Source: Bacillota bacterium (lineage in GTDB: Bacteria > Bacillota > Limnochordia > DTU087 > JAAYGB01). From it: a stretch of DNA of 64,000 bases. Location of the stretch: assembly GCA_012727955.1 (NCBI GenBank), contig JAAYGB010000008.1:70637-134636 (forward strand), written 5' to 3'. Shown piece after piece: positions 27,918-36,309 of this stretch (position 1 is the first letter of the stretch; each line of letters begins with the position of its first letter). Under the pieces are notes generated by a model. The model saw only the letters and a list, made by a program, of their open reading frames with translations. It was not told where the DNA came from and did no database searches. The position numbers and the translations under genes were made by a program.

Positions 27918-29624
27918 CTATTCGACACCAATGATGTAGTAATAAAGTGGCTGCCCGCCGTAGTGAACTTCTACCTCCATGTCAGGGAACAACTCTTCCA
28001 ATCGCTTTCCAAAGGCCTCGCCCTGTTCACGACTCATTTCTTGTCCGTAGTACACGGCGATAATCTCTGCGTCATCGGACCTGAGTCGCTCAACCACCTG
28101 CAATCCCACTTCGTCGATATCCTCACCGGCGACAACAATTTCTCCCTCAACCAACCCAATGATGTCTTGTTCGTTGATGTCCAAGTCCCCGGCCTTTGTA
28201 CTGCGAACGGCATAGGTAACCTCACCGGTGGACACCAGGTAGACCATCTCATTCATGTTCTCGTAGTTGGTGTCGGCATCAGCCTCGGAATCAAAGGCCA
28301 TGGCTGCACTGATTCCCTGGGGAATTGTCCGAGTTGGCACTACTAGTACCGGTTTCGTGGACATTTCCGCCGCCTGACTTGAGGCAAACAACACATTCTT
28401 ATTGTTGGGCAACAGAATTACTGATTCCGCGGGTACCGCATCGATGGCCGCGACTAGATCCTCGGTGCTGGGATTCATCGTTTGACCCCCGACCACTACC
28501 TGATCGACTCCAAGACTAGTGAAAATCTCCGCCATCCCCTGCCCTACACAAACGGCAACCATGCCCACTGCCTTCTCAGGTTCAGCCGGCAAGCTTTCGG
28601 TCGACACTCCGGCGGAATCCTGCACGGCACCGTTGAACTGACTCATCTCTTTCCGCTGTCTGGCCTCTCTCTCTTCCACTGCCTGACGGTTCTGCTCTGC
28701 CATATTGTGAATTCCGATCTCAACTAAATCACCAAGCTTAGCGGCATAGGAAAGGACTCTGCCAGGATCATCGGTATGGATATGAACCTTGACCACCTGC
28801 TCATCGCCAACGACTAGCATCGAGTCTCCCCAATCACTAATCTCTCGACGAATGGTGTCGGTCAAGAGTCCAGTACCCTTAATGATGAACTCTGTACAAT
28901 ACTTGAAGGTTAGCTCTTCTGCCAGGGAAATGCCGCCAGGGGCCGCAGATTCAGGGGCACCTTCGGAAAGGGGAGCGCTGGGAACGTCTTCTCCTCGAAG
29001 GAACCCGATAACTCCCTCCAGGATAGTGACAATGCCCTGGCCCCCGGCGTCTACTACACCGGCTTCCTTGAGAACAGGAAGTAGTTCAGGAGTTTTCTCC
29101 AGGCCCCGCTGAGCCCCCTGAAACACCGCCTCGACAACCTCCCAAACGTCTGCCCCAGACTCTGCGGCCTTGTTAGCCGCATCGGCGGCGTATCGCCCGA
29201 CGGTGAGCATGGTACCCTCAACGGGCTTCATCACAGCTTTGTAGGTTGTATCCCGAGCAGCCTGAACAGCCTGAGCCAGCTCCTTTGGACCTAAGGTGTC
29301 ATGGCCTTGACAACCATCGGCAAAGCCACGGAAAAACTGGCTAAGAATCACTCCGGAGTTACCTCTGGCTCCCATTAACGAGCCCTTGGCAGCCGCGGCA
29401 GCTAGCTCTCCCACTGAATCCGACTTCGATAGCTCTACCTCCTTGGCTGCAGCCATGATAGTCGAAGCCATATTCGTTCCGGTATCTCCGTCGGGTACCG
29501 GGAACACATTGAGGGAGTCAACATACTCTTTCTGCTCACTCAATCTATTTGCAGCAGCATACAACATTGACCGAAAGTCGCTACCAGTAATTCGTTCCGT
29601 ATCCAACAACGCTCCTCCTAACAC
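27918..29624 (-). CDS. fakA: DAK2-domain protein YloV (fatty acid kinase FakA)
   Basis: NVFPVPDGDTGTNM Dak2 motif. Synteny asp23-yloV-degV-recG. Confidence 0.85.
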   Translation of the reverse strand: MLGGALLDTERITGSDFRSMLYAAANRLSEQKEYVDSLNVFPVPDGDTGTNMASTIMAAAKEVELSKSDSVGELAAAAAKGSLMGARGNSGVILSQFFRGFADGCQGHDTLGPKELAQAVQAARDTTYKAVMKPVEGTMLTVGRYAADAANKAAESGADVWEVVEAVFQGAQRGLEKTPELLPVLKEAGVVDAGGQGIVTILEGVIGFLRGEDVPSAPLSEGAPESAAPGGISLAEELTFKYCTEFIIKGTGLLTDTIRREISDWGDSMLVVGDEQVVKVHIHTDDPGRVLSYAAKLGDLVEIGIHNMAEQNRQAVEEREARQRKEMSQFNGAVQDSAGVSTESLPAEPEKAVGMVAVCVGQGMAEIFTSLGVDQVVVGGQTMNPSTEDLVAAIDAVPAESVILLPNNKNVLFASSQAAEMSTKPVLVVPTRTIPQGISAAMAFDSEADADTNYENMNEMVYLVSTGEVTYAVRSTKAGDLDINEQDIIGLVEGEIVVAGEDIDEVGLQVVERLRSDDAEIIAVYYGQEMSREQGEAFGKRLEELFPDMEVEVHYGGQPLYYYIIGVE

Positions 29625-29640
29625 CGGCCTGAAGGAAGCC

Positions 29641-30015
29641 TTACCTCTTTCGCTTGTTTTCCCTTCTGACCCTTACTCCTTCGACATGAACATTAACCTT
29701 CAGAACCTCTAATCCGCAACTGTTCTCTACGGCGTATTTGACTTGTTCCATGACGTTGTGAGCTACCTCAGAAATCTTAACGCCATACTCTACCACGATG
29801 TGCAGTTCGATTTCTACGGCCCCTTCGTGTAGGTAAACCTGAACTCCACGCTCGAGGTTTTCCCAGCCCAAGAACTCGGAAATTCCATCCTGCACATTGC
29901 GAGACGCCATACCAACCAATCCATAGCACTCAGATGCGGCTGTCCCAGCGATAATCGCAATCACCGACTCAGAGATCTCTATTCTACCTAATCCATTTTC
30001 CCTAGTGCTGGCCAC
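29641..30015 (-). CDS. Asp23/Gls24 family alkaline shock protein (YloU)
   Basis: Asp23 family pattern. GTG start with GGGGAGGG RBS. Divergent from rpmB as in B. subtilis. Confidence 0.85.
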   Translation of the reverse strand: MASTRENGLGRIEISESVIAIIAGTAASECYGLVGMASRNVQDGISEFLGWENLERGVQVYLHEGAVEIELHIVVEYGVKISEVAHNVMEQVKYAVENSCGLEVLKVNVHVEGVRVRRENKRKR

Positions 30016-30538
30016 AGACTTTCCCTCCCCAGTGTGTTTTTCGTCTTGGCCCTCCTACCTGCTCCTCAAGCAATCGCCGCAATTTGGGGTAGCGAACGCA
30101 ATGACTGATATCCTAGATCATTCCAGTTATCAAATACGGATATTCTGTGTAGCGATGACAAAATCCTCTGGCTAAAGGGCCCGAAAACATCGATTTAGCG
30201 CCTGTTTCATCGCTTTGTCATAGGATCGCTTTTCCCAGCTGGTACTAAGTATCATCGCTGAATTTCCCCGGCTAACTAACTTTACCACTATTTTCAGTTC
30301 TAGTCATCAACAAAAGCAGGATAGAAGGCAGCTGCCCAGACCACCAAAGTCTATTATTAGTATGCCCTACCACAGCAAAAAGTGGTGAGGGTTCTTGCTG
30401 TCGTTTATTTTCACACATGACGCCAAGACTAAACACAAGGATCAAAGGGCGGATCCCGACGCCCTTATCCCCAACACCGGTGCTGTTGCTGGGTCCACTG
30501 GGTTTTGCCGCGCGATTCCTTCGTTTCCCGTTGGAGTT

Positions 30539-30567
30539 GCTTGCCAAACCTGCGAGCCTGTGTTAAA
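30539..30567 (+). promoter_or_regulatory. Sigma-A type promoter for rpmB
   Basis: TTGCCA, then a 17-nt spacer, then TAAAAT, about 95 nt upstream of the rpmB GTG start. Confidence 0.5.
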
Positions 30568-30661
30568 ATTTAACCTGTGTTTGACGGAATGGGAGATGAT
30601 TGCCAACAGCTGGTAATCATTTTCACTTTGAGAGATTGGTTGCCGGTGAGGAGGTGGAACC

Positions 30662-30856
30662 GTGGCAAGAGTTTGCGTTGTGTGTAATAAAGGTACTAGG
30701 ACCGGAAACGCTGTGTCCCACTCGATGAGAGCCACTAAGCGGACTTGGCGTCCCAACTTACAGAAAATCCGTGTTACAGATAACAATGGAGCCACTCGTC
30801 GGGCTTATGTTTGCACCCGCTGCCTCAAGTCCGGTAAGGTTACCAGAGCTCTATAA
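30662..30856 (+). CDS. rpmB: 50S ribosomal protein L28
   Basis: MARVCVVCNKGTRTGNAVSHSMRATKRTWRPNLQK. GTG start with GGAGGTG RBS. Confidence 0.95.
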   Translation: MARVCVVCNKGTRTGNAVSHSMRATKRTWRPNLQKIRVTDNNGATRRAYVCTRCLKSGKVTRAL

Positions 30857-30937
30857 AGGCTGGGGTTTTGGTCAGAGCGATAGGAGCTTAGCAGCCAAGA
30901 GCTCTGCATCCGATAGAATACTGAAAGATCAATAAAA

Positions 30938-30975
30938 GGACAGTCCCGAAATTCCTCTGGGATTGTCCTTTTTGC
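30938..30975. terminator. Bidirectional rho-independent terminator between rpmB (+) and thiN (-)
   Basis: GGACAGTCCCgaaattcctctGGGATTGTCC followed by TTTTTGCTATTTG on the plus strand, with an A-run upstream that gives a T-run on the minus strand. Confidence 0.6.
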
Positions 30976-31622
30976 TATTTGTCCTGAAGATGAACCACCA
31001 AGAGCTTGCCTGCATGGATTTTCACCGTGGCTACACTTTCGATCATCCGGTTACTGTTTCCCAAGGAGGATCCAAAGGCTAGGGTTCCGTCCCGTAATTC
31101 ATAGTACAAACCGGTAGTGAATATGCCGGAAACCTCTGGGGTCAGAGGAATCAGCGACACCCAGTCCCCAACTTGACCCTGAATCTCTATCTGTGAATCA
31201 ATCACCTGCAGGCGCTGTCTGCCGGAAATAATCTGCACCTTGCGATGGGCTCCTTGGCTTAACATGAAGATATTACTGAGCATGTGATCCACTCTTCCGC
31301 CCAGCGCGCCCAAGATGACAATTTCCTCGACCTCAAGTCCCAGGGCGTAGTCTAGGGCCAGCTCCCCATCGGTCTGGTCCTTTTCCACGGGAAAGATGGA
31401 TAGCTCAACGCCCCTGTTCTGGATCTGTTGCTGGAGGATCGGGGATATGGAATCCATATCCCCGATCACTAAATCCGGTACCCATCCTAACTCACCGGCG
31501 TGTTCGGTGCCTCCATCGGCACAGATGAGAAAGTCGTCACCTTGAAGCTGAAAATCACCGATATCCAGCTCACCGTGGAGCAGGATGACTGCCCGTTTGA
31601 TCCCCGCCTTTACCTTCTTCAC
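30975..31622 (-). CDS. thiN: Thiamine pyrophosphokinase
   Basis: TPK catalytic and thiamin-binding domain pattern (GGTEHAGELGWVPDLVIGDMDS). Overlaps the thiT stop by 4 nt (ATGA). Confidence 0.85.
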   Translation of the reverse strand: MKKVKAGIKRAVILLHGELDIGDFQLQGDDFLICADGGTEHAGELGWVPDLVIGDMDSISPILQQQIQNRGVELSIFPVEKDQTDGELALDYALGLEVEEIVILGALGGRVDHMLSNIFMLSQGAHRKVQIISGRQRLQVIDSQIEIQGQVGDWVSLIPLTPEVSGIFTTGLYYELRDGTLAFGSSLGNSNRMIESVATVKIHAGKLLVVHLQDK

Positions 31623-32125
31623 TCACTTCGCTCCTTTGACCACAAACCTGTGCGCATGATCACCAGCATAATGATGATGGTCAGAACCAGCTGCGGAACC
31701 AGAAAGGTTGCATTGTAGCCAATGGAGTAGGCCCAGACGTTTTGGCCCTCAGGAGCATAGGAAGCCCAAAAGATTACTCCCGCCAAGGTATGAATCACTA
31801 ACCGACCGACACTAGCTACGACTATGCCAAGGATAGGTCGAGCTGAAAAAACCCCGGCTATTCCCAATACCGCAAAGGGCAAGGGATAATCCAACAATAA
31901 CTGAAGGGGATGAATTACATAGGCATCGCCCAACAGGTTGAGAAGCCCCAGAACAGCTCCGGCCCAAGCAGCAGGTTTCCACCCCGACCGAAAGGCCAAA
32001 TAGAAAAGGGGAACCATCTCCAAGGTAATGGAGCCCCCGTTGGGCCTCCGATACAAGCGAATCAGACTGAGGACAAAGGCAAGAGCTGCCGTTACCCCAA
32101 TCTCCGTCAACATCTTCGTCTCCAT
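31619..32125 (-). CDS. thiT: ECF transporter S component for thiamine (ThiT-like)
   Basis: About 168 aa, 5-6 TM integral membrane protein directly downstream of a TPP riboswitch. Start chosen at ATG 32125 (METKMLTEIG). The longer ORF-track N-terminus would overlap the riboswitch expression platform. Confidence 0.65.
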   Translation of the reverse strand: METKMLTEIGVTAALAFVLSLIRLYRRPNGGSITLEMVPLFYLAFRSGWKPAAWAGAVLGLLNLLGDAYVIHPLQLLLDYPLPFAVLGIAGVFSARPILGIVVASVGRLVIHTLAGVIFWASYAPEGQNVWAYSIGYNATFLVPQLVLTIIIMLVIMRTGLWSKERSE

Positions 32126-32247
32126 TTTTCTCTTCACTAAAATAATACCCCCTGTGTCGGCCGCCGGACAGGCTCCCATCCCATCGGTTGCTAACAACAC
32201 AAATGCCATCCCGTGATAGTGAAAGGATGGCATCGATAGTCAACTGT

Positions 32248-32336
32248 CCACCGCTTCCCTTCGCAGGCATTGTCCTAACAGGTTCTAAGGGTCAGGGATG
32301 AAAATCCCACTCTCAGCCAATAAGCTCCCCTAGCGG
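32248..32336 (-). promoter_or_regulatory. TPP (thiamine pyrophosphate) riboswitch
   Basis: The minus strand reads CUAGGGGAGCUUAUUGGCUGAGAGUGGGAUUUUCAUCCCUGACCCUUAGAACCUGUUAGGACAAUGCCUGCGAAGGGAAG. This matches the THI-box consensus GGGGnGC, GGCUGAGA, ACCC, GAACCUG, AAUGCCnGCG and AGGGA. Putative terminator hairpins follow at about 32141-32215. Confidence 0.85.
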
Positions 32337-32444
32337 CCAATATTTATTTTTCGGTGATTAGCGTCATCACGACGGCAATCACATCCACAGACTACTTCGC
32401 TGATGGCAGAGAATATCCTGCTAGATCGGGACCCTCTTCTTAGA

Positions 32445-33287
32445 TTATATGCCATCGCCCAGGAAAACCGGTCCTAAGAGAACCAAGAGCAAGGAGGGAA
32501 AGACAAACAGAAGTAAAGGAAACATGATTTTGATAGGTGCCTTGCCAGCCTCCCCTTCGGCAGTAGCTGACTGCTTCATTCGGCTTTGGTGGGCCACAAC
32601 CCCCAAAATACTGCCTATGGAGGTGCCCAGCTTCTGTCCCTGAATTAGAGTAAGCACAAAGGAAGTCACATCGGGATGATCAAGTCTGTCGGCCAGGGAC
32701 CTTAGTGCCTGTTCCTGGGATGTACCCAAGCGGATTTCCTGCAGCACTCGACCCATCTCCCGATACAATGGTCCCCGATCGGCAAAGCCAGCAACAACAC
32801 CGAGGGCACCCTCAAAGGATAACCCCGCCTCGGTAGCAACCAGCATCAGATCAATTACCCGGGGCAAGGATTGCTGCACCTGTCCTTGCCGTTTTCTGTA
32901 CAGGCTAGACAAATACAGATCCGGGACAAAGAACCAGATACAGCCGAACACCGCGGCCAGGATGAAGTCACCGGCTATCACTCCTAGAATGATACCCAGA
33001 AGAGCAAAGGATACCTTTGCACCCACCACCGTTGAATAGGACAAATTGCTTAACCCAGCCTTGAGGATTTGCTGTTCCACATCGGATTTTCGGGGCCACG
33101 AGAACCACCGAGTATAGTGCCGCCCTACCGAACTGGCCCAGGCCAGCAAGTAGGCTCCTAAATTGGGCCTCTGTTCCCTGTTACCCTGGACAAACCTCCT
33201 CCACCACTTGAGACTCAAGGTCCAGGCCAGGGATTGCACCACAGCGACGACAACTAGAGCTCCAGTGCAGGCAATCAGATATTTCAT
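32445..33287 (-). CDS. tadC: Tad pilus assembly inner-membrane protein TadC (T2SSF domain)
   Basis: T2SSF-type polytopic membrane protein; last gene of the tad cluster. Confidence 0.75.
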   Translation of the reverse strand: MKYLIACTGALVVVAVVQSLAWTLSLKWWRRFVQGNREQRPNLGAYLLAWASSVGRHYTRWFSWPRKSDVEQQILKAGLSNLSYSTVVGAKVSFALLGIILGVIAGDFILAAVFGCIWFFVPDLYLSSLYRKRQGQVQQSLPRVIDLMLVATEAGLSFEGALGVVAGFADRGPLYREMGRVLQEIRLGTSQEQALRSLADRLDHPDVTSFVLTLIQGQKLGTSIGSILGVVAHQSRMKQSATAEGEAGKAPIKIMFPLLLFVFPSLLLVLLGPVFLGDGI

Positions 33288-33309
33288 ACCTATTCCACAG
33301 CCTTCCCGA

Positions 33310-34137
33310 CTAGTAGCTCAACTGCGAAATTCGATGAACCATCACCAATCCCACCACCTCCAGGACTGCCGCCAGCCCAAGGAGCACTCTTCCCAGGGGC
33401 CGGTGAAACAAGGGAGCTACATATTCCGGCATCATTTTAGACATCACCATTAGCAAAATCACTGGAAGCAAAGCCACTACTACCGCGGTTAGCCGACCTT
33501 GGGCCGTCAAGCTGTGTAACTTGTCTGCCAGGCGATGGCGCTCACGGATGGTGGCAGCAACGGTTTCCAAGATTGCCGGCAGATTACCACCGGTCCTGCG
33601 CTGAATAGCTACGGCCATCACCACGGTTTCAAAGTCCTCAGACTCCATCTCCACAGCTAACTGCTCCATTGCCTCAGTCACGTCCACTCCAAGATTCACC
33701 CTGCTCACCATGGTCTCGAAGGCCGTGCCCAAGGGTTGGGGCACTTCTCTAGCCACCATCGCCAAGGCTTGCACCAGGCTAAATCCGGCGGTCATCGCAT
33801 TGCCCACCAGACCTAATGCGTCGGGAAGCTGCTGCTCCATACGCTTTTTCCGTCGGGCTGCCATCCAGGCTTTCAGAAACCTCTGACCAACGAAGCCCCC
33901 AGCTCCCAAAAGCAAAGACAGGAAGGGGCTGGCCATGACCATCCCCATGACAGCCCCCACCAGCCCAAGGGTCACAGCCAAAACCCGGTCTCGACTTAGT
34001 TTAGCTGCCAGGGATAGGCCCCTGCGATCATGCCTAGTCCCGCTCCCTTGCCGATGCCCCTTCCTAGTTCTGGCTTCCATTAGCAATAGGCTCCAAAGCG
34101 CCAATCCACCGAGACTACAAAGCAACAACCGCATCAT
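33310..34137 (-). CDS. tadB: Tad pilus assembly inner-membrane protein TadB (T2SSF domain)
   Basis: T2SSF fold. Start ATGATG overlaps the upstream stop (ATGA coupling). Confidence 0.75.
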   Translation of the reverse strand: MMRLLLCSLGGLALWSLLLMEARTRKGHRQGSGTRHDRRGLSLAAKLSRDRVLAVTLGLVGAVMGMVMASPFLSLLLGAGGFVGQRFLKAWMAARRKKRMEQQLPDALGLVGNAMTAGFSLVQALAMVAREVPQPLGTAFETMVSRVNLGVDVTEAMEQLAVEMESEDFETVVMAVAIQRRTGGNLPAILETVAATIRERHRLADKLHSLTAQGRLTAVVVALLPVILLMVMSKMMPEYVAPLFHRPLGRVLLGLAAVLEVVGLVMVHRISQLSY

Positions 34138-36269
34138 CGGGCAGACACCGAATCCCGTGTCTCGGCAGGCCAAGGCAATCCCATGGCAAGAAAGTCAGCC
34201 GCCGTTTGGCTGCGGGAACTGGTTTGAACAAAGTCTCCTTGTACACCTAACTCCTCATCATAGCCGGTCTGCTGGAACCTAAACAGCTCCCGGAGCATCA
34301 CGTGCCCCTCCTCAATGCCCGTTACTTCAGCAATGGTCAAGACCTTCCGTGAACCATCTTTGAGTCGGCTTTGGAAGATTATCACATCGATGGCAGAGGC
34401 AATCTGTTCGCGAATTGCCCGCAGGGGAAGGTCCACCCCTGCTAACAAAATCATCGTCTCCAAGCGACTGACACAGTCCTGGGCACTGTTGGCATGGATC
34501 GTGGTCAAACTTCCATTGTGGCCGGTATTCATCGCTTGCAGCATGTCGATTACTTCATCGGAACGGCACTCGCCGACTATAATCCGATCCGGTCTCATTC
34601 TGAGGGCGTTCTTCACCAGTTCCCTGATAGTTACTTCACCCTTGCCCTCGACATTGGCAGGCTTGGCCTCAAGCCGACACACATGCTCCTGCATCAGCCT
34701 CAACTCTGCCGCGTCTTCGATGGTCACAATCCTCTCATCGGCGGGAATAAACCCCGACAAAACATTGAGCAGAGTTGTCTTTCCCGAGCCGGTACCTCCG
34801 GCAATAATGATGTTTTTCCGAGCCAACACACAACACTGAATAAACTGGGCCATGGCGTCGTTGAGAGAGCCCATCGCGATCAGATCGTCGACGGTAAAGG
34901 CCTGACGGGCAAACTTGCGAATGGTCAATATGGGGCCATTGAGAGCCAGTGGCGGAATAATGGCATTGACCCTGGAACCATCGGGAAGCCTTGCGTCAAC
35001 CATGGGACTACTTTCATCGATTCTTCGGCCCAGGGGCCCGACAATTCTTTCAATTACTTGCGACACTGCCATATCGCTGGCAAAGGTCAACGGCGTCTTC
35101 TGCAATTTCCCCTTAGTCTCGATATAGATCTGTTGACTTCCATTGACCATAATCTCGGTCACAGAGTCATCGGCTAGCAAGGCCTCTAGGGGTCCCAACC
35201 CCAGTATCTCATCGGTCAACTCAGCGATTAGGTTGTTCCTTGCCTTTTCAGATAGCGCCCCCTCCTGCCCTTGTAATTCCCTCAGGCAAAGACGGCGAAT
35301 CTCATCTCGCAGCTCCTGGCTGGCCGACAACTCCTCCCATGGCACAGACAGATCCCACTGAGAGGCTAACAACTCCTGGACTATCCTCTGGTGCAACTGA
35401 GACTTTAGTGCCGGAACCCCGGCAGCCGACGACAGCGGGGTTCCTTCCTCGTCACCACGCCTTCTCAAGTTTCTTCGTCGTCGTTTGCGTCTCCGGTATT
35501 TTTCCAGGAGGGAGACGGATTTTGCCGGTCGAGGCGAGACCGCAAGTTCTTGAGTTAGATAGTCAAGACTGCGCACAATGGCCGATTTTCCATAGGTTCG
35601 AGAGAAAAGGCATCGCTTCTCCAAAGCAGTGGCCAGCAGGTCTTCATCTTCATTGGCAACCTCAAGGGATTCCACCTCCAACACCCTTTTCACCTGAGCC
35701 GCCACCTCCGACGCGGTGGACTCGGGAACTCGATTGACCACGCAAGTGATGGGACCCACACCTCCGGCCGTCAATTCCTGCAGCTGTAGAGCTGCTGCCC
35801 GCAGTGACAGGGGGCTCGGGGTCGTAACCAGGGCCAATCGATCGGTCAAACTTAGGGCAGACATGATCGGCAAACTCAACTCGTGGCCGAGATCTAGGAC
35901 TATGTAGGGGTAAATTTGACTAAGCAAGTGGATCAGCTTTTCCACATCGGCGCAGGTTGTTTGCTGCCAGACAACCTCGTCTGCCGGGCCTGACAGATGA
36001 TGAATCTTCCCATCGGCAGCGGTTACCATATAATCGGCAATGGCTTGCGTTTGCCATAGACTTTGATCCTGCCAACACTCCGTTACCGAACGACCTACTT
36101 TGATTCCCAGAACTGCCTCCATGGTCTTACCGGGATCCCAGTTCAAGGACAAGATGCAAACTGCTTCATCGCTGTGATCGCACAAGAGTCCCGCGAAGCC
36201 TGCGGCCAGAGTGGTAGTGCCCACTCCACCCTTAGCCCCCAGCCAGCCGATAATCCTTCCCAAGGTCAA
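34134..36269 (-). CDS. Fusion of a TadZ/CpaE-like ParA-MinD-type domain (N-terminal) and the TadA/CpaF secretion ATPase (C-terminal)
   Basis: The N-terminal 270 aa carry a deviant Walker A, GAKGGVGTTTLA, that lacks the second lysine. A polybasic linker RRRKRRRRNLRRR follows. The C-terminal 400 aa are a VirB11/CpaF ATPase with GGTGSGKTTLLN Walker A and Asp/His boxes. Probable start TTG 36269 with GGAGGTG RBS. Confidence 0.8.
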   Translation of the reverse strand: MTLGRIIGWLGAKGGVGTTTLAAGFAGLLCDHSDEAVCILSLNWDPGKTMEAVLGIKVGRSVTECWQDQSLWQTQAIADYMVTAADGKIHHLSGPADEVVWQQTTCADVEKLIHLLSQIYPYIVLDLGHELSLPIMSALSLTDRLALVTTPSPLSLRAAALQLQELTAGGVGPITCVVNRVPESTASEVAAQVKRVLEVESLEVANEDEDLLATALEKRCLFSRTYGKSAIVRSLDYLTQELAVSPRPAKSVSLLEKYRRRKRRRRNLRRRGDEEGTPLSSAAGVPALKSQLHQRIVQELLASQWDLSVPWEELSASQELRDEIRRLCLRELQGQEGALSEKARNNLIAELTDEILGLGPLEALLADDSVTEIMVNGSQQIYIETKGKLQKTPLTFASDMAVSQVIERIVGPLGRRIDESSPMVDARLPDGSRVNAIIPPLALNGPILTIRKFARQAFTVDDLIAMGSLNDAMAQFIQCCVLARKNIIIAGGTGSGKTTLLNVLSGFIPADERIVTIEDAAELRLMQEHVCRLEAKPANVEGKGEVTIRELVKNALRMRPDRIIVGECRSDEVIDMLQAMNTGHNGSLTTIHANSAQDCVSRLETMILLAGVDLPLRAIREQIASAIDVIIFQSRLKDGSRKVLTIAEVTGIEEGHVMLRELFRFQQTGYDEELGVQGDFVQTSSRSQTAADFLAMGLPWPAETRDSVSAR

Positions 36270-36309
36270 CACTGTCACCTCCGGCAATTTGTAGCTCTGC
36301 CTAGCTTTC

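Noticed and set aside
30272-30616. ORFs 30272..30547(-), 30395..30616(+) and 30442..30795(-) in the asp23/rpmB intergenic region
   Set aside because: Low-complexity sequence with no RBS. One runs through the rpmB promoter and start codon. The region is treated as non-coding.
31812-32270. 152-aa minus-strand ORF overlapping thiT and the TPP riboswitch
   Set aside because: It is in another frame of the thiT region and extends over the riboswitch aptamer. The Cys/Gly/Ser-rich translation looks like a frame artefact.
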